Below are positions 32,881 to 44,851 of a DNA stretch of 64,000 bases, piece by piece. How positions within the stretch are numbered: position 1 is the first letter of the stretch; every line of letters begins with the position of its first letter. The notes below the pieces were generated by a model. It did no database searches. It was not told the DNA's origin and saw only the letters and a program-made list of their open reading frames with translations. Position numbers and translations under genes: made by a program. Source of the DNA: Harriotta raleighana (taxonomy: Eukaryota); assembly GCA_050575255.1 (NCBI GenBank), contig JBNZDD010013693.1, positions 4,286,857 to 4,350,856 of the forward strand, read 5' to 3'.

Positions 32881-35630
32881 GAACATAAGAACATAAGAAT
32901 TAGGAGCAGGAATAGGCCCTTTGGCCCTTCAAGCCTGCCCCGCCATTCAATAAGATCATGGCTGATCTTCTGACCTAACTCTAATTTCCTGCCCTATCTC
33001 CATATCCCCTAATTCCTCTATTTTTAAAAAATCTATCAGTCTCAGCCTTGAAAATGTTCAAGGATTGAGCATCTACAGCCTTCTGGGGTAGTGAATTCCA
33101 TAAATTCCATAAATTCACTACCCTCTGAGTGAAGAAATGTTTCCTTAACTCTGTTCCAAAAGGTTGACCCTTAATTTTAAGATTGTGACCGCTGGTTATG
33201 GATTCTCCTACCAGGGGAAACAGTCCCTCAGTGTCTACTTTATCCAGGCCTTTAAGAATCTTATATGTTTCAATAAGATCTCCCCTAATTCTTCAGTACT
33301 CCAGAGAATACAGCCCTAGTTTATTCAACCTATCCTCATAGGTCAGTCCCCTTATCCCAGGAACTAACCTAGTGAATCTACGCTGTACTCGCTCTAAGGC
33401 AAGTATGTACTTTTTTAAATAAGGAGACCAAAACTGCACACAATACTCTAGGTGCGATCTCACCAAAGCCCCATACAGTTGCAGCAAGACTTCCCTACTC
33501 TTGTACTCTTAACCTTTTGAAATGAACGCTAGCATGCTGTTCATCTTCTTAGTTGCTTGCAAACTAACTTTTTGAGACTGATGTACAAGGACACCCAAAT
33601 CCCTTTGAATACTAACACTATCTAACCTCTCCCCCTCTAAAAAATAATCTATTCTTTTATTTTTGCTACCTAGGTGAATAATTTCACACTTGCCAACATT
33701 AAATTCCATCTGCCACCTACTTGTCCACTCCCCTAGCCTATCTGTATGTTGTTGCAATCTTTTTGCATCATCCTCAGAGGTCACCTACCTAGTTTAGTGT
33801 CATCCGCGAATTTATACACATTACATTCAGTGTCCTCATCTAGATCATTGATGTAAATAGTAAATAGCTGAGGCCCAAGCACTGATCCTTGTGGATTTAC
33901 AATATTTAATCCACTAGTTACATCCTGCCAATTCGAGAATTCGACCCGTTTATTGCTACTCTCTGTTTTCTATCCGTTAGCCATGCTTCTATCCATTTTA
34001 ATATGTTCCCATTAATCCTGTGGGTCTTAATCTTGAGTAACAGCCTTTTGTGTGGCACCTTATCAAATGCCTTCCTAAATCCAAATATACCACATCTACT
34101 GGTTCCCCCTTATCCAACCGGCTGGATCATCCTCAAAAAACTCTAAAAGATTAGTCAAGCATGACTTCTCTTTTGTAACGCCATGTTGACTCTGCCTAAT
34201 CTTTTTATGGTTTTCCAGGTATCCCATAACGACGTCTTTAATTAAGGACTCAAGAATTTTCCCTACCACTGACATCAGACTAACTGGTCTATAGTTTCCC
34301 ATATTTTCTCTCCCACCCTTCTTAAATAGTGGAGTTACATTTGCAATCTTCCAATCAATGGGGACTTTTCCAGCATCCAGAAAATTTTGGAAGATTATAG
34401 ACAAGCCATCCACTATCTCAGTACCCACCTCCTTTAAAACCAGGATGTAGGCCATCCGGTCCAGGGGATTTATCGGTTTTAAGACCCAACAATTTACCTA
34501 AAACCATTTCTTTACTAATAATCTCCCTAAATTGCTCGTTAACATTGTCTTCTTAGTTTCCCTCTATTTTTGGTATTTTTCCAGTGTCTTCTACGGTGAA
34601 GACTGTAGAAAAATTCTTGTTTAATGACTGCCATGTCTTTGTCCCCTATTATAAATCCCCCGGTCTCTTCCCCTGGACTCACATTCACCTTTGATAGCCT
34701 TTTCCTCTTTATGTATTTATAAAAACTCTTGCAGTCTGTTTTTATGTTCCTCGCTAGTTTGCCCTCATTTTCTATTTTTTCCCTCTTGATCAATTTTTTG
34801 ATTCTCCTTTGTTGTACCCTAAAGTTCTCCCAGTCCTTAGGTTTACTACTCATCTTGGTTGTTTTATAAGCTTCTTTTTTTGACTTGATACTTTCCCTAA
34901 CTGCTCTAGTTAGCCACGGCTGGACCACCTTTCTCATGGCATTCTTATTCCTCAAAGGAATACATGCTCACTGGGAATTTTGCATTATCTCCTTGAATGT
35001 CTGCCATTGCTGGTCTACTGTCCCAGTTTATTTAATTTCCCAGTTTCTTCTGGCTAAATGCTCTCTCATACCATCAAAGTTGGCTCTATTTAAATTGAAG
35101 ACTTTTGCTTCGGACTTAACTACTTCCCTCTCTAACTTAATGCTAAATTCCATCTATTACGATCGCTTTGCCTTAGAGGAGTCTTAAGTTCCAGTTTGCT
35201 GATCAGCCCTGTTTCATTACACAAAACAAGGTCTAATATGGCCTGTTCCCTGGTCGGCTCCTCGGCAAACTGATCTAAAAAATTATCCCTAATACATTCT
35301 ATAAACTCCTCTTCTATCTTACCTTTCCCAATTTGGTTGTCTCGGTCTATATGCAGGTTAAAATCACCCACAATTAGTGTCTTTGCTTTGCTACATGCTC
35401 TGCTAATCTCCTGATTTATACCTTGAGCGATACTTTGACTGCTGTTTGAGGGTCTTTAAACTACTCCCACTATAGTTTTCTGTCCCTTGAAGTTAAGTAC
35501 CTCTACCCATACTGACTCTACATCTTGCTTTTCAGATTTAAAATCTTTCCTCTACTGTTTTTATCCCATCCTTTATTAGCAGGGCCACCCCACCCTCCTT
35601 GTTTATCACATTGCCTATCCTTCCTATATA
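32881..35630 (-). mobile_element. 5'-truncated CR1 LINE (~2.7 kb, broken ORF2, intact 3' end)
   Basis: Tail reads (GAACATAA)n on the plus strand at 32881. Minus-strand ORFs carry [74 protein letters not shown] and [15 protein letters not shown]. Confidence 0.95.
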
Positions 35631-38600
35631 TTGAAGGTCAGAAGATCTTGAATTGGTGTGAAACTATATTTTTCTATGTGCTCAATGTGCATTTGTAATT
35701 GGCATTTTCTTACTTCAATAAAAGCAATCTCTAAACTAGTCCATTTCATAGAATGTATGCATAGATAATGTACTTCCAAAGCAGTGAGATATTTAGACCA
35801 GGATATGGGGTTGAATCCTTAGAATCAGAACTTTCTAGCATAAAAGCCTGTTCAGCCCACCATGTTTGTGGTTCTTTGAAGGAGCAGTCCATTCAGTTCA
35901 TTTAGCTGCTGATTTCTCCCATATCCCAACATGAACTCCTTTTTAGATATCTAACTAGTTTCCTTTTGCAGGCAATATCGATTCTGCCTTGCCTCAACCA
36001 CTTTTTCTGCTCAGTTCACTGATCTCACCTGGGACAGCAATTGGCTCTAGCATCTCTAGCATATCGGAGATAAAAATCAGTCAGGATATTATAATGGGAT
36101 TGGGGAAAAGGAACAGTATGCAGCGAGCTAACACAAACGTAACAGAGGAAATTCAACAACAACTACTTGCATTTATATCGCGCCTTTCACACAGGTTAGC
36201 ATCTCAGTAGCATCTGNCACAGTATGCAGCGAGCTAACACAAACGTAACAGAGGAAATTGCATTTATATCGCGCCTTTCACACAGGTTAGCATCTCAGTA
36301 GCATCTGACTAACTGCCTTCTGTGCTGAAAATGTGTACTTCTGCCCTCGATCACTGTATATTTAGTGTTGAGATGATTTACCACTTGGGTGTTTAAATGC
36401 AGCAGATGCTCGGAGAAAATGCAGGAGTTACACAGATTCAGAGCATAAGTATAAGTCCATGTGAGTTTTGATTTTAATTACAAACTCAGAGCATGTCAGA
36501 TGGGAAGAAAAAGAAGAGAGGAAAATCATAATAACTTGTATATTAAAAAAAGTGTTCATTCAATTCGTGACGGTTTGTGGGACATTGCTGTGCGCTATTG
36601 ACTGCTGCGTTCCGCCCGTAAAATACACTTTATTACAGTGTCAATTCACTTTACTACAGTGTATTCTGTGAAGCACTGAGACGTCTCAAAGACGTGATAA
36701 ACTACTAAATCAAATGCAAGGATTATTATTATGAGCAGATAGGGAAAGCTGTGATGGTCAGAAGAATCACCCATCGAATGACCAGCTTTTTCTTGTGTAC
36801 TGTCCAGCAGCTCAGACATTGTTGGAAGATCGTCCAAAGTATTGGAACAGTATTGTACTGGCTTGGGCCTTTCTAGAAAGTTGAACTTGTTGAGAGAAAT
36901 CTAAATGTTTGCCAAAAAAGAACACCAAGCTCTTGGAGGCAGCTTCAGCAGTGGAGATGTGAGTTCCATTTGAGACCAGAGGAGAAAGTGAGGCCACAAA
37001 TGTCACAGCTGAATAAGAGTGGAGACATCAAAGGTAAGCAGTGCTGGGAGCCATTGATTGGATTTCAGAAAGTTATTTCATGTGTCTCATGAGGTGCAAG
37101 AAACAAGATTTTCGTTACTGCACTGAAGGGAATTTAGTTGCTGAATTGAGAGCATTATCAGAGCTGAACTTACCCTTCCTTCACTGCCGTGATTGCCACT
37201 TTAAATGTTGGTGACCTGAGCATGCTGCATCTTAGCTTGGTGTTTATATTGTTAAAATTGCTTGCATTTGATTCAGTACCTTATGATACTGTAATGTGTT
37301 TGTAGGCAAATAAGTATATCAGGTGGAGTGTGGTTTAGTAATGGGCTCGCAGTTTCACATTTACAAAGCACTATGGGCTCTTACTGGAGCTCTGTGTAAA
37401 CGGGGAGATGATGTAACTTTTTTATAGTTGAAAACTAGTGATTAGAGAGTTTAATGGTATCACTTAAGGAGAAGGAGCTACTTTACTGTTTTAAATGAGC
37501 ACGAAGGAAAAATAAGTTCAGGGCTGCAGTTTTGGCAAACATGCTTGTTACCTGGGGAAAAAATAATTTAGGAGTGAGAGAAAAGAGCAATGCTTGTCTA
37601 TTTTATCCAGGCTGATCATATCCTCGCTATTCTATTTGTTGCTTTGAAGGAATCACCTTTGTTTGTGGAAATTTCTATATCTTAAATCTATTTCTCGTTC
37701 TTACATTCAACAATGCTTAAGATTACTGTCATTTCACTTGTATAAAATTTTAATGCTGCAGAGAATGAGCATTTTAGACACTTGACAGATATACAAAAGT
37801 AGATTTTCCAAGTTGTGTCTTGGGTAAAACAATGGATATGATAAGTCTGCAGTGGAGTTCAACCTTCCTCTTCAAATTAAGTGACCTAAAGTTACAAGGG
37901 AAAGCAAAAAAAAAAAGGATTAGAGATCTGATAGCTCCAGGCAGTTTGATCGTTGGGGTCTTTTTTTTAATAGTCATACTGTTTGAGTTTTAGAAAAAGA
38001 CCTGAGTTTAATTTTAAGTGTGAGTAACTTTTCTGATGATTAACTATATTGCTATCACCCACTCCAGGACACTGTTGATGACAGTCCAGCCAGCTTGCTT
38101 ATAGGTTGGACCTGGAGTAGCAGACCAGTACCTGGAAGGGATTCTTTCCTCTCAGCTCTTGTTAACCCTGCAAGCCCAAACCATAATGGTCAGGGTGGTC
38201 CCCAAATGAACATGTAATAGGAAGCTTGCCATAAGGTGCTGGCAATGGCAAGATTTGGATGTTAACTGGTTAAATTTCAGTAGTATGTCAGTGCACAGTC
38301 TGGGTCCTCAAACCTTGACTCTTGTCAACCTGCACCTTATACTCTCCAGAATTAGGTAAGAAAGGTGCATACCTCTGGGGAGAGATTTCATATCCATTAC
38401 AGATACAGTGACATTTCCATGTGTTGGTGGAATATATGTGTGAAATTCTGTCTGGTTGGACATTCTTAAGTAGGGGGTGGGTTTCTGTATGACCAAAAAC
38501 GTTAACACTTTAAGATTCATTGTAACCGTTACAGTTATTTTTCAGATCTGATAGTGTTATTTTAACCACTTTCCTATCTTCAATATTGATCCATTTCAAG

Positions 38601-38639
38601 GAACTATTCTAAATACAGTACCTGTTTTTTGTCTTTCAG

Positions 38640-38794
38640 GAATTTGCAAGCTGCCATCGGTGCTTACTATGACTTTGAGAGCCCAAATATCAATGCTCCT
38701 TCTATGTCATTTGTTGAAGATGTTACAATAGGAGAAGGGGAATCTGTACCACCTGACACCCAGTTCACCAAAACTTGGAGGATACAGAACACAG
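38640..38794 (+). CDS. ILRUN: ILRUN exon 2
   Basis: tttgtctttcag|G completes W, then NLQAAIGAYYDFESPNINAPSMSFVEDVTIGEGESVPPDTQFTKTWRIQNT(G)|gtaaat; 155 nt. Confidence 0.97.
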
Positions 38795-39549
38795 GTAAAT
38801 ATCTGCAGGCTGGCACTTGATGTACAGCTAAGAACAGAAGAAAAATATTGAGATGCATGCAGTGAGAACCGGTTGCTTAAACTTTTAATTTAAGTCATAC
38901 AGAATGCCTTTAGTGGGCACTGAAACACAGGCTTGGGCAGAACTCCCTGAGTTTGGTGGGGTGGGGGGGACACATTTTGTATGACTTAAACATCTTTCTT
39001 GTTCTCTGTCCCTTCCATTTGGTGTTCCACAAGCTAACCACTGAATGAATTCAGGTTGTTATCTTAACTGATACTCTTAAATTTTTTGTTTCATCATTGT
39101 TATTTTTTCCTTTCAAGAGCTACCCAAGTCTGTATTGTAGAGAGCTGATTATTTCCACTAATTTGACTAACCCTTGTCAATTGTGGATAAGCAAACATTG
39201 CTTATCAATGGTCACCATATAGCGTGTAAATTTTCTATAGTATATCATGAAGAATACAATTGGTTTACCAGAATCTTTTCCAGCATAAATTATACTATCA
39301 CTATTGTACTTCAGTGGGCCAGCCCTTCGCTCTCTCTTTACCACTCTGGCTTTAATTTTCTCACTCTTTCTCTGACTTTCTTTCTAACTCTTAAGTCTAT
39401 CTCTATTGTGCTCACGAAATACACAATTATACCGCTTTACAGTCTATCCTGTGAAGCGCTTTGAGACGCCTCGACAATGTAATAAGGCACTATATCAATT
39501 GCAAGGATTATTATTGTTACATAACTTTTATCTGTTTGCGCACCTCTGT

Positions 39550-39860
39550 TTGCAGATGTTAATATTCTGTTGGCGGACTCAACTGGGGATCTTGTGCGCG
39601 GCACTCACCATCTTGAACAGTGGGACATGATGGTGGGTACCTCCAAGTGCAGATATATGGGCCTTGAAGGTACTGATTGGAAGATACAAGAGGCATCAGT
39701 CCTAATTGTTGATTCTTATTGGTATCTGGGGTGTGTAATAGACACAAATGTTTGCTTGGACATTGTCCTGTGGGACTGCGTTGAGAAGGGGCAAAGATCA
39801 TTGGTTGTTCTCGTCTCTTCAGTAACATCAAGGCCCTATTGCAGGTCAAGCTTGTAGCTT
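39550..39860 (+). mobile_element. Ancient non-LTR RT C-terminal remnant
   Basis: ORF 39570-39857 contains SKCRYM...VDSYWYLGCVIDT...KGQRSL, which resembles the 'V..YKYLG..ID..L' thumb motif of non-LTR reverse transcriptases. Confidence 0.5.
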
Positions 39861-40099
39861 ACAAGACTTGAGTCCAATTAATTCTCCTTCATGGTTCCAA
39901 GCTCCTGCATATGCAACAAAGGGATTTCCTCCAGACTGTTTGTTCAGGATCAAGCGGTGGAGTGAAGTAGCTACAGGGATGCAAGGCTCCAGCCTACACT
40001 GACCTGTCGCTAAGCACCCTGGCTGAGCCGGCTACACAACGGTCACTTCTATTTATCAGTCCCTCATACAAAGATCTGGATTAGTCATATTAGATTTGG

Positions 40100-40320
40100 A
40101 CCTAGAATCATAGAATTATACAGGGCAGAAGGAGACCATTCGGCCTATCTTATCAGTGTCGGCTTTCTGAAAAGAGTTGCCCATATCAATCCCACTTCCC
40201 ATCTCTCTCCCCATAGCCCTGCAAGCTTGTCCTCCTCAAATAATTATCTACTTCTCTCATAAAAGTTGTTATCGAATCTGCTTCCACTGCCCTATCAAGC
40301 TATGCATTCAAGATGACCTC
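40100..40320 (-). mobile_element. CR1 3' end remnant
   Basis: tagaatcatagaattatacagggcagaaggagaccattcggcc...aaagagttgccc is the reverse complement of the tail type seen at 300-402. Confidence 0.7.
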
Positions 40321-40339
40321 TAGAACAACAAGGTCGCTG

Positions 40340-40480
40340 GCATGTCAAACTGTCCTGTAAAGGTTGCTCTATCACATTGAAGGCAGATATATGTTGAATA
40401 GCTGATGGGAAAACACTGAGCCTTGGGGTGACAGCTGCTGGAAGGCGTTACTTGGAGTCCATCTTCGTGAACATGCAGCG
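40340..40480 (-). mobile_element. Ancient non-LTR RT remnant
   Basis: Minus-strand ORF 40372-40644 ends SPQGSVFSHQLFNIY, the RT PQGS..SP.LFNIY motif. Confidence 0.5.
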
Positions 40481-43400
40481 ATACATCTAGGGCTTGGAAT
40501 CCACCTTGATCGGTGCAGAGAGGAAAGCAGCTGCTGCCTTAAGCTCTGCACCTCCAACTGGTAGAACCAATGCTTGATGGGAAGGGTCATGTGTCTGTAA
40601 GTTGTGGGCGGGAAGATGGCTGGCAATTTTCTCATGCTTTTCATGCTGAGCTGTACTGCCCACTAGAAAGCTCACATGGAGTTCCTGGTATATGCTTTCC
40701 ATCTAATGATGGGCTCGAACCGGGACATTTTGATATTGAATGACTAACTAGCAACTGTCCTTGGTTGAGTGGGGGGAGAGATGTGGCATCTCCTCTGAAC
40801 TGATCTGGCTTCAAGGGTACGTGCTTGGCCCTGATCGGAGCTGAGTCAATTCTCTGCAGTGGTCTCGGAAGTCCAGTTCCTGAGCCAAGCTCTTGGTAGA
40901 GCTGTAGGGCACCGCTGATGACAGCACAGCCAGGCTGGCTCATCAACAGGAATTGAGAGGTTCAACCCTGCCACTGGGGGCAGTGATTCATTCCTCTCAG
41001 CTCCTGTTAATCCTGCAATCCAAAGTCCCAATGGAGAGGGTAATCTTACCTGGACGGGGCATATAGTTTGACAGAAAGTACTTTCAATGGTGGAGCATGT
41101 GCTTGTGAAACTTCATGTGTGAATTTTATTTTGCCATTCTCTCACAACCACTTTTTCATTCAAACCTAATGTTGATAAATGGGCTTGCAGATAGTATTTG
41201 TGTGGCTGAGTGGTGTACTTGTGCAGTCAGAATATTTAGTGCATTACTGCAGATCTTGTCTGTGGGGAGGGAGAGGTATGTCCCTCTTGAGAATTTTACA
41301 TTCAAATGCATCCCGGTGGAAATAGTCCTTGGATCAGCTACAGTCCTAACCAGAGAGAGAAATTGTCTTGTGTTACTGTCCTTCATCCAATCAGGAAAAT
41401 GCTGTTACTGTGGCATAGGAATTAGCTGACTTAACTTGTGAACCTTTATTGCACTTTCTACTTTAACGTTTTTGCTATAGTTCCTTTCTGAATCACAAGT
41501 GCTCTGTGGAGCGTATTGATTGTGCCATTGTTGGGCTTTCCTTTGAAGGCAGAATTGCTGTGCTTGACATTCCCGAGTCAGACTTTAGATCTTAGTCCGG
41601 AGTCCAGAAATGAAGGAAGCTCCTATCAGCACAGTTGAAATTGAGCTACTCAGCAAGATATGACAAACACTGTGGGAGACTGGGAGTTTATGCGCTCTTC
41701 AGTCATTGTGTGTGAATTGAGAGGATTGCTTTCCTGAGATCCGTGTCGTGTTTTCTGTTTTTCAGTTGGAATATCTCATGTTAATTTGGATTAATATAAT
41801 TGTTGCTCATCTTCACAATCCCAGTTGGCTTTTGAAATTTTTGTAATGCCATCACAGTAGTGGGAAGTAGATAATTAGTTAGAAGTGTACTTTGATGTCG
41901 AAGTTAAAAAAAAGCCTGTCCATAGTTCATTGTCAACAAATTGCATGTACTACACTGAAGTGTTCCTATAGATTTCTTTGGGGGAGAAGAGAGGTGACTT
42001 CCACTCAGCCAGGACCTAAAATGGTGTCTTAGTATCAGCAATCTGTGTATTCTGTCTGTGTGTGAAGATTTAGGACTGAATAACAATATGCCACATTTAG
42101 ATAGCTCCTATTATGTATTCAATGTTCAGTTAGAAATATATGCTTTTCTGACTGTAAAACCAGAATTGTGGATTGAGGGAGCATATTGAAGTTGATGATT
42201 TGACCTTTATTCTGTTACCCTTTGACATGTTTTTGACGTGTGATTTGTTACAAATTGTAGCTTTGTGTAGTGCCACCTTGAGGCATACAGTGTGACTTGT
42301 CTACAGTGTCAGTGACATCTTATAAAATCCTCTTTCTCTTGAATCTACCAGTTTCTCAACAAAAATGTGTAACGTTTATTTGTGAGGAATGCTGCTTGCT
42401 GGGGCACCCTTGCTGCTCTTTGATATCTGAGTTTTCTATTTACATTTGTGTAAAACTAAAGCAAAAATCAGGAAAGTAAATTGTGTGATGTAGTTCTCCA
42501 TGCATTAATCGAATCGAACAGCCCAAAGTTTTTATTATGGTCAGATGGACCCTGATATGAGATTGGAGCTAAAATTAGGGTTACCTAGATTGTTTATCAG
42601 TGGACAGGTGATTTTTTTTGTATGACTCATGTTTTCAGTGCTCTGAGTTGTTTCAACACATTCAGCAGATGTCAGTTTATAATGGCTTGTTCATCTTGTT
42701 CCCTGTCTTGTCATGAATAGAGCTATTATTTTATTCATTTGAATCTGTTACGGATGAAAACTATATTCCTTGCATTTGATACCACACCTTTCATGTTGAG
42801 AGGACATCTGAAATTTTTTTTACTGACTGTATATTTTGCAAATGAATGCGGCAGCCAATTATTGCATAGCCATGTCATTGGATGGACAGCACCTCCAACA
42901 ATAAACCAGTCCCCAGCACTGCATTGGAGAGTCAACCTGGACTCAATTCAACTCATTGGGCTTGAACCCAAACCATGCGAGTGTGCTACCAATTGAGCCA
43001 GGATGATTCGTAATGAATGTGGTATGAATAATTATTTTTGGTAGGAATAAATAACAGAATTCGTACCCAGGTAATTGAATGGTAAGTTGCCTCCCGGGTG
43101 CATGGGTTGAGGATCTGAGGCCACTGGTTGGCAAATTGATAGAAGAGCTGGTGAGGAACTAATTATTTGAAATAGGTCGATGTTTGCTGAGAAAAAGGAG
43201 TTACCAGGTCCATGTGGTTGAAGGAGGCCGCAGAGAAAGAGTAAGGTGAGATCATGGAAGGATTTGAATATGAGATTGAGGATCTTGAACTTGGATCCAT
43301 TGGGAGATGGTGAGCCAGTGACACTGAGTGAGGCTGGGAGTGATAAGATTATGATGGTTGGTGATGGGTTTATTAATACAAAGAAATCACCCTGTGGGTT

Positions 43401-44653
43401 CTCTAAAAACTGCACTTCATAGAATGCAATGATTACTGTATTATTATATCATTGATCTTTACATCAACATCAAAGTATTTACAAATTGTCCAGTGACTAT
43501 TTTGTTCTATTATTATGTTGAATCAGATACTCTGATTGTGTTAGGGCTGGATATGATAACCGTAAGTGGTCTCCTATTTCTGGTGTTTGATAGCATAATC
43601 AGCATTTGGGATAGAATTTTTATTATTAAGATCTTATTTTCACAATAAGATCCTAAAGATTGGCTTAGGCTGAAATTATGAGCGGTGCTTGAGCTTTCAA
43701 ATCTCTATTAGTCAATCAGTTGTAACTTTGGTTCATATTTACTTTGTTCTTTCATTTCATTGGAAATTGACCATGGATGATTTTCTTCTTCCATTTGTTT
43801 TTCTACAAGATATCATTTTCTTCTGAAAGACAATTTTCATTCATTGTGCCATTTCATCTTAATTACTTTCTGTTTCTTTTTCATGGGTGTCATACTTTTG
43901 TTTGATCTTGATTGCTTCTTTAACAATGGAACATTTATTTTTCTGATTTTCATCTTTTTCTATAATTTTGCTACTGTCATCAGGGTTCTGATATCTTCAA
44001 CTAAGCTTCAAAATGCTTAAATTCAAGCCTCTTCCCATCCTCCTCCTTGATATGAATATATTGGCCTTTGTATCGTGTAAACCATGAATAATCAACAGTT
44101 GGTATAACAATTAAGTTATTGTCATATCTGTTTTATCCTGTAAGAATTGCAACTGAAAACCAAAGGCTTAAAGCTCCATGGTCCAGACACTTAGAGCTAA
44201 AATGCTATTGTTTTTCAAGGGTAATGTTGCCTTGCATTACCCCTTGTCTTTCCTAGGAAGCAGTTTCAGTGTTTCCAGTTTAGAATCCAATCTTTTACAA
44301 CAGTGCATTGCTTAGCAGGTATATCTGAGAATATTTCTTAAAATTGTATATTTAAATTAATTTTTTTTAGTACTACTTGGGTAAGAAAAATCAAAGACCT
44401 TTACTCAGCTTTGCCCTCTTTCCTAGAAGCCAAATTTGTTTTCTGCAGCTTAAAGGATTTATATCACTATTTCTCGTCTGTAAAGTCTTACTCTTGACCT
44501 AAACTAAACCCGTAGATTTCATTTTCTCAGAATTCCCCGGTCTGAGTTTGCTTGGGAAATAAATCTTTCTTCAATCAAGTGGTACATGGGTATTCAGTGG
44601 CCCATCGTTTTGGGAGTGACATAACTACAGTGACTGACTCTTTTCTTTTCCAG

Positions 44654-44851
44654 GTGCAGAGCAATGGCCACCTGGAGTTTCCCTGAAGTATGTGGGAGGT
44701 GACCAGTTTGGGCACGTGAACATGGTGATGGTTCGGTCGCTGGAGCCTCAAGAAGTTACTGACGTCAGCGTGCAGATGCGAAGTCCGTCTACGTCAGGAA
44801 TGTTCCAAGGCCAGTGGCGCATGTGTACAGCTACTGGGCTTTACTTTGGAG
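44654..44851 (+). CDS. ILRUN: ILRUN exon 3, NBR1-like FW domain
   Basis: ttttcttttccag|GT GCA GAG CAA TGG CCA... = (G)AEQWPPGVSLKYVGGDQFGHVNMVMVRSLEPQEVTDVSVQMRSPSTSGMFQGQWRMCTATGLYFG(D)|gtaata; 198 nt. It is absent from the ORF track. Confidence 0.97.
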
